From a virus, in IMG/VR virus record IMGVR_UViG_3300012956_000022, positions 4,201 to 68,200 of that record: a stretch of DNA of 64,000 nt; one strand, 5' to 3'. Position numbers and translations under genes: made by a program. The notes beneath the pieces were generated by a model. The model was given only the letters and a program-made list of their open reading frames with translations, was not told where the DNA came from and ran no database searches. Shown here piece after piece: positions 19,601-28,280 of this stretch; position 1 is the stretch's first letter; each line of letters opens with the position of its first letter.

Positions 19601-22600
19601 TTAACCCTTTCAGACATCTGTATCTCATCTGTATCCTCATTCATCAAATCCTTTCTTCCAAGCTTGAGAACAGCAGTATGCAGAATAAGCATGGTATCCT
19701 TATCTGACATGGTTGGGAACAGTGTCCTTCCCATCCGCATAGGTATACCGTTAAAGGTGGTTGCAGTTGTGTTTCCCTGTTTGGTATCCTGGTGCATACC
19801 CAAATTTATCAGGGTATAATCTGCTTCTGATGCAGAGGTAAGCTCCACAGGTCTGAACAGTTTTGCATTAAGCTGTTTTATGGCTTCAATACCTAAATGC
19901 TCCACTGCAAACCTTGCTCTTATGTCTTCATTTTCAGCAAGCACATGAAACAGGTCCGCCTTACCTTCAAAGGCAAGCTCCATCTTTCTTCGGAGATACT
20001 CCATATCAGATCTCAGTCTCTCCACCTGCCAGCAGGCAAATTTATCCGGAGTTCTTGCATAAACACCTTTTCCGGCATCCCTGTATGCCATAGGAGCAGC
20101 CTCCAGAGAGAATTTTCTTTCTATTTCAGCAAGTCGTTTTACGACACCCCTTGCTTCACTGAGAGGATGGTAGTCTTCAAACTCCTTATCCAGGTAGTGC
20201 AGGTTTTCTTTTTTAGTATTGGCTATCAGCTCCAGCTTTCTTGCCAGCAAGCCAAATACACCATCTGTATTGTCACTGATATCAAACATCTGTTTCCACC
20301 TGATAAATCCTCCCTTTTTCTTTCCTACCTTCTTTTTATCTGAATAGTATCCGTTTTTCAGAAGATACTTCATGGCATCATCAGACATGTCTATGCCGAA
20401 AGCCTGCAGCCACTTCTGCATCTGTTTAATTCCCGGATAAATGTTTTCCGCCTGTATTCTCAGCATCCATCCCTGGTATTCATCAAGAAGCTGCTTTGCC
20501 CTTTCTTTGTTCAGTACAAAATCATCTCTCATCGGAGAGTCTTTGGATAAACTTCTTATCTTGAAGTTTTCCATCCACTGTGTCTGTATCACACGAAGCT
20601 TTTCAGTTGAATTGGTATCATACACTTTAAGCGTATACCTGCCATTCTTTTCACTCCATATGACAAGCTTAGGCTGTATCGTATGCCGGTTCATGTTGCT
20701 TACAAAAGCAAGTTTTATATCTTCCGGCGCATTGTTCAGCTTACCTATTACATTGGTTACCCACGGAACCGTCTCTGATTTGGAGGCATTCTCCAGGACT
20801 TTCAGCATGCTATTGAAGGAAGGACGTACATGATAAGGTGTCTGTGTGACACTTCTTTCATTATTTTCATTCACGATTTCTTCCTGCATTTCCCTTGAAG
20901 AGAGTATCTCACCCACTTTTTCATAGGTATAATCAAATCCGGGATACAGTACAACACCCAGAAAACCCCTCTTTTCCCTGCCGGACTTTGTGTAGTTAGG
21001 TATTGAGGAGAAAAACCTTTTCAGCCTGGCTGTGGTAGATTCTTTTCCGTTATTTTCTATAGAGTTCTTTGAAAAATTCTTTTCTCTCTCTCCAAGGTCT
21101 TCAGGAGAGCTGTTCTGCTCATCTTCGGAAAGTATCCTTGTGATTCTCTCCACTTCCTCTGCAGTTTCTTTTTCTATGATTTTCCAGTTCTTTTCAACGG
21201 CATCCATGCTGTCAAGAAGCACCTGACTTCTTTCAGAAAGGGATTTCATTCCGGTTATACCTGACTCATACAGTTTTGTAAAGTCGTCCCTGTCTTTCTC
21301 TATTTGTGTCCTTTGGGCAAGTATTTCCTGTTCATAAACTCTCTTGATTTCAGAGAGAATATTTTCCTTGGTAAAAGGCAAGCCTTTTTCATCCATCTGC
21401 ATCTCCACACTTCTGGAAAGAAACATAACCAGCTCTCCACGGTCCCTTGAATCTATACCTTCTGCAGTATTAAGTCTCTTCTTCATTTTTGAGACTGTCT
21501 CATCAGTTACCTTGTCGTAAGACTCTACTGAACCCGGATCCTCAAACTTCTCTTCTTCAGCAGCATCTGTCTTATTGTAGTTTATCACAATGACATCTCC
21601 TGCAACTATGGCATCCTCTATGTCCTTGTTTGTATATCCCATTTTCAAAAGCAAATCAGCATTGACTACCGGTTTTACCTTTTCTTCCTTTGGAGACTCT
21701 GTATTTTCAGGTTCTGTGCTGACTTTTTCCCCGGTCTTTACAATGGCGGATCTAACAGCTTCTTTTTTCTCCCCTGCCTTATGTGTATAGTGTATGACAG
21801 GCTGGACAAAAGTAACCCATTCAGGCTCTTCCGCAGTCCCTATGTTATACCCTCTGATATTTGTCTTCAGGTTGTCTTTCAGGTAATCCTCGTAAGTGTT
21901 TCCTCCTGCTGTCCTTGAAGAGTATTCACGCACTTCCCTTACAAAACCTCCCTTTTCATTTTTCCTCAGGGAAATGGTTACCATAGGAGCCTTACTGTTG
22001 TTCTCAAGGCCTCTCATAGAGACGTTCTGGGACATCAAAGGAAGTACACTTTCATAGAGTAGTGTAAGATTGTTCATAGAAATGGACTTCATCCTATTGT
22101 CTCCTTTTGAGGAGACGCTGATAAACAGGTAGTCTTTCATCTCCACTTCCCCGGAAGCATTTTTCACCTGAAACTGGTGTCCTTTTATTCCGAACATGAT
22201 GGCTTTGTTCTGAAGAGACACGAAAGGTGTGCCATCAGGTATCTTAGAGTTGGTATTTATCAACTCCATTTTAGCCTCTTCAGAGCCGGCTTTAGCATTA
22301 TTGGTTCTGATAAACAGGTTGATGTATTCCTGAAGATCATTTGCATCAGTAAGGTCCAGTCCTGTTTTCTTAAGGACTTCCTTATGTACCTGTCTATGAG
22401 ACTCATCCAGGTTGTTTTGCATGGAATAGATGGAACAGGCCACGGCAACTGACTGTATTGCAGCAGGTTTTATCTTTCCGTATTCAGGTCTTGAAGGATA
22501 ATACAAAGGCTTCCCTTCCTTATTCTTTCCTACCGGAAACAACAGATACATATGTCCTCCTTCCAGAATGGTAAAATCTTCCCCTTCATATATCTGAGAC

Positions 22601-24009
22601 TGGTCTACGGAACCACCTGAGGTTACCACGTTTCTTGAAATACTTTTGTCTTTCTTGTTCTTCTCATTTCCAGGGACAACTCCCACTAAGGCCCCGGGAT
22701 TCATTTCACTGACAGGTTTTTTCACCTTGGCTGTATGTTTTTTACCCAGTCTCTTTTCCGTAATGGTCAGAGAAAGTTTCCCGTCAGCAGACTGCATTAC
22801 GGCAGTCCTTATCTCCAAAAGTTGTTTTCTTGCATCCTGTATCAGTTTTTCCTGCTGTGCCGGCAAATCCTCAAATCCCACATTGGAAGGATTGTACCAG
22901 TATACATCATGGACATAGGCCACCCTTTCTCCTGATTCATTCTCTATGAATACCGGTATTTTCTCCAGTATCTGCTGTTCAGTCTTTCCCTTTTTCCACT
23001 CTCCAAATTTTACAACCTCTTTTTTCTCACCGGTCTCATCATCATAAATGGTGATATCAATGTTATTCAGTTCTTCTTCTTTTGGAACCACTGCAGTGAG
23101 CTTTGTACCGGGACCATATTTATCCAGGGAAAGAAGCTCCTTTGAGTTTACCCGGCCATCTTCTGCAACAGAGTCTTCATCTGACCTTAGTATGGAAACG
23201 TATCCAAGCTTGGGAGCAGGAGACACTATCTTGTACCCTGAAGAATTTTCTTCGGTAGATTTTACAAGTGTATAGGTAAGCCCCGGAGTTTGTTCCTTGA
23301 TAAGTTCCTTTTCAAGAAGTTCCTCTTCAGTTTCAGTTCTTTCTTCGGTGATTTCAGGTTTGATTATTTCTTCTATGACGCTGCTGAGAGAAGAGCTGAT
23401 TGCCTTTGAACGCAGGTTGCCATAGTTGTTGAGCTCCCATCCAAGCTTGAGGCCATTGTATGCCTTGTCAGCAGCTTTTTCTCCTTCCAGTTCCGCAAAC
23501 CTGTCTACAAGTTCCTGAAAAGTTGGTTTATGCCCGAGGAACTGCTCTGTATCCTCATAGAACTCTTTTACACTCTGCTGGAGTATTTTTCTTTTGTCTT
23601 CAGGAATATCGTCTTCCAGCTCTGCCGGATCAAAAAACTTCTCTATATAATCGTCATCACTTTGTATCTCCCCCCTGGTCATTTCAGGAATGCTTTCCTG
23701 CTGCCGGTTAAATTCTTCTACCTGACGTTCCAGTTCCTCTTTTTTAGCCTGCAGTTCTTTAAGTGCCTCTTCTGAATATAAATTTTCCCCTAAAGAAGGG
23801 AGCTCCTTCAGACTTATCTCAGCAGTACTTACAGCCTCTCCTACAGCAGCTTTAACCTTATTAAGTTCTGAATGGAGTTCCTTTAAGTGCTCCGCAACTA
23901 TGCTCAAGGCAATGTTTTTCTGCTCCTGTTCTGAAGTCTCTTTTCCGATTGCACTTTTAAACTTCTTCTTTAGTGCAGGAAATCCGCTGAAACAATTTAG
24001 TCTTGACAT
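13627..24009 (-). CDS. Virion-packaged DNA-dependent RNA polymerase (double-psi beta-barrel, crAss-type)
   Basis: 3460 aa. Catalytic motif GLDFDVDK with DFDVD at 17227-17241, upstream FRIPT motif, and a C-terminal zincin-like region. Confidence 0.9.
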   Translation of the reverse strand: MSRLNCFSGFPALKKKFKSAIGKETSEQEQKNIALSIVAEHLKELHSELNKVKAAVGEAVSTAEISLKELPSLGENLYSEEALKELQAKKEELERQVEEFNRQQESIPEMTRGEIQSDDDYIEKFFDPAELEDDIPEDKRKILQQSVKEFYEDTEQFLGHKPTFQELVDRFAELEGEKAADKAYNGLKLGWELNNYGNLRSKAISSSLSSVIEEIIKPEITEERTETEEELLEKELIKEQTPGLTYTLVKSTEENSSGYKIVSPAPKLGYVSILRSDEDSVAEDGRVNSKELLSLDKYGPGTKLTAVVPKEEELNNIDITIYDDETGEKKEVVKFGEWKKGKTEQQILEKIPVFIENESGERVAYVHDVYWYNPSNVGFEDLPAQQEKLIQDARKQLLEIRTAVMQSADGKLSLTITEKRLGKKHTAKVKKPVSEMNPGALVGVVPGNEKNKKDKSISRNVVTSGGSVDQSQIYEGEDFTILEGGHMYLLFPVGKNKEGKPLYYPSRPEYGKIKPAAIQSVAVACSIYSMQNNLDESHRQVHKEVLKKTGLDLTDANDLQEYINLFIRTNNAKAGSEEAKMELINTNSKIPDGTPFVSLQNKAIMFGIKGHQFQVKNASGEVEMKDYLFISVSSKGDNRMKSISMNNLTLLYESVLPLMSQNVSMRGLENNSKAPMVTISLRKNEKGGFVREVREYSSRTAGGNTYEDYLKDNLKTNIRGYNIGTAEEPEWVTFVQPVIHYTHKAGEKKEAVRSAIVKTGEKVSTEPENTESPKEEKVKPVVNADLLLKMGYTNKDIEDAIVAGDVIVINYNKTDAAEEEKFEDPGSVESYDKVTDETVSKMKKRLNTAEGIDSRDRGELVMFLSRSVEMQMDEKGLPFTKENILSEIKRVYEQEILAQRTQIEKDRDDFTKLYESGITGMKSLSERSQVLLDSMDAVEKNWKIIEKETAEEVERITRILSEDEQNSSPEDLGEREKNFSKNSIENNGKESTTARLKRFFSSIPNYTKSGREKRGFLGVVLYPGFDYTYEKVGEILSSREMQEEIVNENNERSVTQTPYHVRPSFNSMLKVLENASKSETVPWVTNVIGKLNNAPEDIKLAFVSNMNRHTIQPKLVIWSEKNGRYTLKVYDTNSTEKLRVIQTQWMENFKIRSLSKDSPMRDDFVLNKERAKQLLDEYQGWMLRIQAENIYPGIKQMQKWLQAFGIDMSDDAMKYLLKNGYYSDKKKVGKKKGGFIRWKQMFDISDNTDGVFGLLARKLELIANTKKENLHYLDKEFEDYHPLSEARGVVKRLAEIERKFSLEAAPMAYRDAGKGVYARTPDKFACWQVERLRSDMEYLRRKMELAFEGKADLFHVLAENEDIRARFAVEHLGIEAIKQLNAKLFRPVELTSASEADYTLINLGMHQDTKQGNTTATTFNGIPMRMGRTLFPTMSDKDTMLILHTAVLKLGRKDLMNEDTDEIQMSERVKELLFRQLVELEFDRITDHHRRAAEKGVSPDEVTDQRDYNKGAQMFHLIPEMNNLVIEGADGEKIRLIRYIAENATLLTEERIAELKESIKPAATAVIQELVNSEMQDLIGIFEDNGFITRGEDDTIEDIKHMDSAYLQGIPGALSNEDRLNYLAMDFVISSLYNNSNMVAAVTGDIANFTVEKKVFSKELFEDGKPYLPTSDKVYSEVFNNKIGVNMGKRLAYLIAPGSYLAESVNDTYVQLFLEDAKSITENAAYLIELHYKGQLTPEVKKLLATAYQSHVTEAVEDAVKKLQDKFPLLEKFFNIQDTDGQEYTTAKESLDIIYRQGKMRKEKYDELRGKLDRQYASEKKGEHIREEDYISAADIEMVFNPIKPVYTGHVQDDMHTRVVYIKTSSFPLLPQLTQGTELDNLRRSMEEIQARTGKNVRAVYSSGAKVGAPLNAIRIWDNQGRFIKGSVNPAEIIAGLDNGKHTPALYLNREQFRIQQDVPFKSFSKNKDEVTFGTQLMKLLFGDGISKIEDTVFPYKDYYVTGKTLYSHYNTMIDNWITNEKSVLYRQLGLDERTGEPVNKKLAVKKLQQILKEEVTKRGYPIQDLQALDIIASNDEGTNDIQFVIPLWLLPNSNRYEALLNSIVANRVLKLKMPGNSFVAASEAGFKYAHSLNGLSKEQKSKIVYTKNYKGKLRANSLNEDGTMMHAQVLAPSKFRNKEGKLIDLIKDGYAVQDKSGRWILKEDMISPELLTSTSFRIPTAAHSTASQIEIVGFIPVDAGDLIVLPKNFTTQMGLDFDVDKQNLYSLWHTVNKDGRIVPIDESDEYPVDGLSSIDQMESEVRLLIQAVKNDRKTNKILFSTIDTYREYTESGEENASLSFSDAKIAISSLRRMLKENATKEDLQRAYDLLNNISKMRTKFLQNEVSRIHSSVFTSSDERVQRKINRASSMQFTSEQADLLQSLTDRGDNRLLSPIRPSYQRRKMQTGAAGKSAVGIYSNHVVFHSLLQQTEKPVQLLKTVHEEVAPEKIVAKKVPYVLTIGDEIFNSMLGQEMDTDEQRQISSLIDERLQTALDNESEQIMGRVGVNEYTINIDCLLTLMGFNKSSVKTSDGRTAEVSIPYFLLSQPIIADYVKEMKRVSGTTTKFDADREQEIIRKLYQKYTNSSEEEYEKKQLAEHRVNLTGQELYDNIAVKPDNKTQQAVLDLFLELKPYAQEFRSVQSKLNIQRSGLGESALTSLDKYENILTFPNSSSKMKNIEGLVGDFITEEDFYDEKEMEEDGYIVFRSYNEKQSSVAVRPTTYSGSLMIHAAKAGYELWSDYFPFKSSIMQRELDNILAMLGQDEVSEEESKNENKKLQLKYEIFQEMKKYFYSHPVFGVFSGDAQQERARLFKDAGSRNKSLSNYLNSLLYNTDEGSEFVKRSPLISRFRYTFNKNKPSLIQFSNEKGEDFNEEYKYQAIVELLDRNIPLPDFNGKPYTTRQLGMDMISYAYLEGGIQEAVQYIKYVPIPLLQSIGFAPAARKIQQSVKTSSNIVVQGVPDNFLRYLLQQDSVAPFSRFMRQYAQHKPFRIAKINVKSIKNTQDSAGEKTTKKEEIHTFVPKQKRAQPKPFLVIVNEDAFSIKDKNQLYEFDGEKYVRISTLGYFGMSEYSAKDDYTQSSFTAEEAQPVPKVPEGISEEDTEENSPELTSSALFSLNQGNVRTTIADIADSEIPVLSDLAKTFLPFVDDTVTIKLEDIGTRRGYYMPGDHTITINKLYLQKYAGKEGGAEEIAKTVLEEFMHSLTVRELSKYFSVKKEDRGRLLVPESSLPAHVLKLHRVLQEVASKLTEEFGEDFTDIHNRFTTERKRNEADKYQLLYSGSDIFEFVARITSRPDIIEKMDKITYKQTDKTLLQQFWEAIKDILRIVGLDTKPDSIISNAINEVYTLVKDIHEKELYNPSEPEIANEIKKTEEQLKNVNRNPFEGSSGNSVFGAEEESALSDKELGLTDDLTTEDFKC

Positions 24010-24704
24010 TCTAAAAAGGTTTTAATTATTGAGAAAACTTCCAGGTCATCATTTTTTAATCTCCTCCTGCGGAGATAGGAATTTCCAACCTCAGCAGGCT
24101 CAAGGATAAAGTTAGTATTTATATTTGGTTCTGTGGTATCCTCAGACAATATTTGATAGTTGAAAAGTACCGGAGTTGTGTCTATAATCCATCCCAGGGA
24201 AGTGTCCAGCCTGAAAAGGTAGGTTTTATCCAGTTCGACATCTTCCAGATTTATTACCGTGCTTATGGAGTCAGGTAAGATTTGCCTGTCAGAAACCAGA
24301 AGAACATCCTGCATCTGGATTAATATATCTTCAGGAGAAACTGAAAGGGCTCTTGATGCACTTAATAAAATATCCTGAAGCTGTATGGAAATATTTTCAG
24401 GAGAATCTATAACAAGCTTTCTTGCTGCACTGAGTCCGGCATCCTGAGTCTGTATATTTACCTGGAAATAGTCAGCAATCAGCTTTCTTGACAGGGTAAG
24501 TGAGACCTGCTGTGCAGAGATACTTACAGAAAGACTGTCTATAGATAGACTATAGCTTACCGGAACAGGGTAAATATACCTTACCGGCTCTCCATTCATA
24601 TAGAAAATAAGATCCCCGGTGACAGTACTGGACCTGTATACCCCGGCAACAGGCTCCCCGTTTATATAATAGGTAAGATTACCGGTATCGGATTTTGAAG
24701 CCAT
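23997..24704 (-). CDS. Putative structural protein with internal repeats
   Basis: Duplicated GNLTYYINGEPV / GDLIFYMNGEPV and roughly 22-aa beta-type repeats; overlaps the RNAP start by 13 nt. Confidence 0.7.
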   Translation of the reverse strand: MASKSDTGNLTYYINGEPVAGVYRSSTVTGDLIFYMNGEPVRYIYPVPVSYSLSIDSLSVSISAQQVSLTLSRKLIADYFQVNIQTQDAGLSAARKLVIDSPENISIQLQDILLSASRALSVSPEDILIQMQDVLLVSDRQILPDSISTVINLEDVELDKTYLFRLDTSLGWIIDTTPVLFNYQILSEDTTEPNINTNFILEPAEVGNSYLRRRRLKNDDLEVFSIIKTFLECQD

Positions 24705-24710
24705 AGCCTG

Positions 24711-27260
24711 TTATGTTGCTGTTATTGTATCAATATTCACCCAACCTGTTGTACCATCACAATCTACATAAAACTCCATTCCAACATTATCTGTAACAGC
24801 ACTTGGTAATGTATAGGATAATGTCTCCCAAGCTCCATTAGCGGCATTGGTGGCTGTTGCAGCTACTATGTCAGAATTATAGGCAGATGCATGTGCTGAT
24901 GGATTTGCCTTTAATATCAATCTTGGCTGGTTTCCATTGTAAGCAGTTCCATCTCCTACTACTGATTTTCTTACCTTAATAGATATGGTTGCTGTTGTTC
25001 CACTGGCCACTGCTATCTGAAAACTGCTGCTACTTAATTTATAAGAAGCCGAGTTAGGAGTTAATCTTTGACTTACAGAAGCAGAGTCATAAATTGCAGA
25101 GTCGTTAGATGTTATACCATCTCTTTTGACCACCCTGTGAGTTCCTGCTACCCCTCCAAACCGTTGGAATTTAAGTGTATCTGTTGATGACATTCTACTC
25201 TGATTTGAAATCAAGGTAGGAGTACCAAAAGTACAATTTCTAAATAGTCCATCTATGGAAGCTATTGCAGAGAAAGCGTTACCCATATTAATATCTGATA
25301 CCGTATGTGCCTGTACTGTACCAATTAAACAATTATCAAAGATAAGGCTATGTACTGAACCATAAGCACCAAAAGTTATAAAACCACTTGCTGTTAAAGT
25401 CACCCCTGCCTGAAAAGAACCATTTTTTATTAATATATCTTCTGCTCCATACTCTACCCCTATATGACTGCCATTGTTAATCGAGCCAAAACAAGTTATA
25501 GTATCTAATATTAAATTCTTAGGCGATATATGTACTCCTGATGTATATTGCCAGGAAGTCAGAAATATATTAGTTGTGTTTCTCCAACTTACTAAATTAG
25601 AATAAGTAAGAGATACAGCAGAAGTTGCAGTAGAATTTATAAAATTAGATATTTGAATACCATAACCGTTCATTAAGTATGCCGTGATGCCTGATATAGT
25701 GCCTACTAAAACCCCCCCTGAGTTATACCCTACATATCCTCCTGCCGAAGTGTGATTTGAAATATTAATAAGTACTGCTGTTGTAGTGTTTGATGCTGAT
25801 AATGTATCTACATGTAACATTCCTAATGTTGTTGAACCTTGTCCTATAAAGCAGCAATTTTGTATTGTTAAATAATATCCTTGAGGAACTATTGGTTGAG
25901 AAACATAAACATGAGCTAATGGAGTTCCATAACCTACACAACCATCTATAGTAACTCCTCCATTAAAATTTGTTATGGCTACTCCATAACTAAAACTTGC
26001 ATAAAAATCTCTAAATACACAATCTTTTAAGTTTGCTGATCCTATTGGTGCTTGAATCTGTAAATCTATACCTCTTTTTCCTGCGACACCTGCACCTAAA
26101 TACCTAAATTCGATATTATCGCAATCTACTGTTGCATTTTTGTATGCAATAAAATAATAAGTATTAACAGTGCTTGTTCCATACATCTGAAAATTAGATG
26201 TCAAATTAATAATATCTGCTTGTACTCCTGTTGTTGCATTTCCGCCATGCGCCCCTGATAAAGCTGCTATAGTTAATGTTGTTCCAGATGCAGGTGCAGA
26301 TAAGTTTTTTACTTCATTACCTGAACCCACATGAGAAGTAGATGCTAATCCTATTGTATCCCCATTTAACCATCCTGTGGAAACATTAGTGGTAAGAGAA
26401 GTAGCCCCAGCAGATGCATCTGCGGTTAGTTTTGCTTTTCTTGTTTTTGCAGTTCCATAAGATCTGAATGTACCATAATTTCGTATGATAATACCTGTAT
26501 TAACTGCTGTGGAGGATGTGATAGTGAACACAAAGGAAGATGTAGAAGGCAATCTCGTTCCAGTGCTTGAAAACTCTACTATCCCATTATGAGAAACTAT
26601 AAAATTCTTTGTATTATTTATAGCTAACTTATAAGCGGTTGACGCAGAGTTCTGTCCAAGTATTTTTCCATAAGCCCCTACCTCTATTAATCCATAGGAA
26701 GTGGCTGCTGTATTATCAAAAGTAATAGTATTAACTGTGGTAGTAGCTGCTGCTGTGATGTCCCCACAAATTATTATATCATCTGAAGCTCCTAATGAAG
26801 CTGTGGTTGAAGTCACTAATCCTCTGGACCAGTTACCAGCAGTTGCATTTCTGTATACAGTAACTGTGCCTGTTACTGAAGATAGTACTCTTACCTGATA
26901 GTTAGTAGCAGAAAGAAGAGTTTGAGAAGCTGCAAATTTAAAGTAGCACCACCCTCCATCATAGGCTGTGTCATTGTTTATGATATCCGTGGCATTACAG
27001 GTAACTACAGCCACCTGAACTGAGCCGGTATTATTCCACAACTGAACTGAAAAAGTCCCTGTGGGAGTTGTAGTAGTACCTTTTACTCTTAGTAATATCC
27101 CCTCTACTGTAATTGCCCCTGGCATAAAGTTAGCACTGGCAACATAAGATGTCGTAGTAGCTGTAGAAACTGCTTCACTATACAAATAGGATGTAGTATC
27201 TACTACCTTCCAAGATGCTGAAGACCAATTGATAGAGGAACCAGAGAACAGTGTTGCCAT
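24711..27260 (-). CDS. Putative tail spike / receptor-binding protein (beta-helix-like)
   Basis: 849 aa, rich in Thr/Ser/Gly/Asn with beta-helix-like repeats; visibly more AT-rich codon usage than the flanks. Confidence 0.7.
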   Translation of the reverse strand: MATLFSGSSINWSSASWKVVDTTSYLYSEAVSTATTTSYVASANFMPGAITVEGILLRVKGTTTTPTGTFSVQLWNNTGSVQVAVVTCNATDIINNDTAYDGGWCYFKFAASQTLLSATNYQVRVLSSVTGTVTVYRNATAGNWSRGLVTSTTASLGASDDIIICGDITAAATTTVNTITFDNTAATSYGLIEVGAYGKILGQNSASTAYKLAINNTKNFIVSHNGIVEFSSTGTRLPSTSSFVFTITSSTAVNTGIIIRNYGTFRSYGTAKTRKAKLTADASAGATSLTTNVSTGWLNGDTIGLASTSHVGSGNEVKNLSAPASGTTLTIAALSGAHGGNATTGVQADIINLTSNFQMYGTSTVNTYYFIAYKNATVDCDNIEFRYLGAGVAGKRGIDLQIQAPIGSANLKDCVFRDFYASFSYGVAITNFNGGVTIDGCVGYGTPLAHVYVSQPIVPQGYYLTIQNCCFIGQGSTTLGMLHVDTLSASNTTTAVLINISNHTSAGGYVGYNSGGVLVGTISGITAYLMNGYGIQISNFINSTATSAVSLTYSNLVSWRNTTNIFLTSWQYTSGVHISPKNLILDTITCFGSINNGSHIGVEYGAEDILIKNGSFQAGVTLTASGFITFGAYGSVHSLIFDNCLIGTVQAHTVSDINMGNAFSAIASIDGLFRNCTFGTPTLISNQSRMSSTDTLKFQRFGGVAGTHRVVKRDGITSNDSAIYDSASVSQRLTPNSASYKLSSSSFQIAVASGTTATISIKVRKSVVGDGTAYNGNQPRLILKANPSAHASAYNSDIVAATATNAANGAWETLSYTLPSAVTDNVGMEFYVDCDGTTGWVNIDTITAT

Positions 27261-27263
27261 AAA

Positions 27264-27476
27264 TTATTGAATGCTTTCTAACAGATATTGATTTTTGTAA
27301 AACAAACAGGAAATTGTCTTTTCATTTTCAACACGTTCCTGTAAGGTATCAGTTACCCTGAACTGTTTATCTATTCTCACCAAAGGCATTATTCCTTCAT
27401 CATCTGTAAGAACGAAAGTGGTGAAGAATGTATCTCCTTCCTGTTGGTCATTGATTTGTTCTACCTGATATGCCAT
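27264..27476 (-). CDS. Small protein, possible tail-fibre chaperone
   Basis: 70-aa ORF coupled to the spike gene. Confidence 0.55.
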   Translation of the reverse strand: MAYQVEQINDQQEGDTFFTTFVLTDDEGIMPLVRIDKQFRVTDTLQERVENEKTISCLFYKNQYLLESIQ

Positions 27477-27486
27477 ATTAATATTT

Positions 27487-27906
27487 TTAGGTTACTGTCA
27501 GAACACCATTTGTGGCTGAAAAGTCTACTGTGAAAGACTCTCCGTCATTAAGAGTAATACTGCTTCCATAGTCTGCAAAAGCTATAAGAGGACCGGCTAC
27601 AGGTGTGCTGTTGTAAAGCACTATGTATCTAAACGGACCTATTGTGCCTCCTGAGGCAGTGAATACCACATCTCCCGATACAAGCTTCAGCACCCCAAGT
27701 GTCTGGACACAGCTTGTCTGGACAGTTTGTGTCCCGCCAGCTGAGTATCCATTACCCGCAGCTATCTCAGTGATGTCTGCTTTTACGGTATTTGTCACTA
27801 CCGGGGCAGAATTTGTCAGCATTATTTTCAACGTATCAGAGCCCAGGTTATGAACCTTGTTGCTGATATCCTCGGCAAACTGATAAAATTTTGTCATTGT
27901 GGCCAT
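27487..27906 (-). CDS. Conserved small phage structural protein
   Basis: DTLKIMLTN...GYSAGG...FTASGGTIGPFRYIVLYN...DYGSSITLNDGESFTVDF, a pattern recalled from many tailed phages. Confidence 0.75.
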   Translation of the reverse strand: MATMTKFYQFAEDISNKVHNLGSDTLKIMLTNSAPVVTNTVKADITEIAAGNGYSAGGTQTVQTSCVQTLGVLKLVSGDVVFTASGGTIGPFRYIVLYNSTPVAGPLIAFADYGSSITLNDGESFTVDFSATNGVLTVT

Positions 27907-27911
27907 AAAAC

Positions 27912-28280
27912 TTATTTTATTTGTTTCGCTACTACTTCTGTAATAAGATCAGAAGAATCTCTTACAATCTCGAATGTCCACTGTGAAGGCCTTTTAGCCG
28001 GTGCTGTGGATAGTTTTTGTATCTTCTCGGTCAAAGCATCTATTGCAAGAATAAGCTCCTCAGAGTAGTCTCTTTTCTCTACAGAAGCCTCAGGAAGGCT
28101 ACCTGCAATCTTGAAAAGACTGTCTTTTATTTCAGTCAGGATTTTAACCTCCTGTACGTCTTCTTCCTTACTTTCAGACAACATACATAGTTTTTGAAGA
28201 GCAGCCAGTATTTCATTATGCCGGGACTCTGCCTGGTATTCCAGGTATTCCATGTCTGATATCTTAAGCTCTTTTTCCAT
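27912..28280 (-). CDS. Hypothetical protein
   Basis: 122 aa with C-terminal WTFEIVRD; coupled to the upstream gene. Confidence 0.7.
   Translation of the reverse strand: MEKELKISDMEYLEYQAESRHNEILAALQKLCMLSESKEEDVQEVKILTEIKDSLFKIAGSLPEASVEKRDYSEELILAIDALTEKIQKLSTAPAKRPSQWTFEIVRDSSDLITEVVAKQIK

Noticed and set aside
24711-27260. Diversity-generating retroelement or invertible tail-fibre system
   Set aside because: No reverse transcriptase, invertase, template/variable repeat pair or inverted gene copies were seen in the window.
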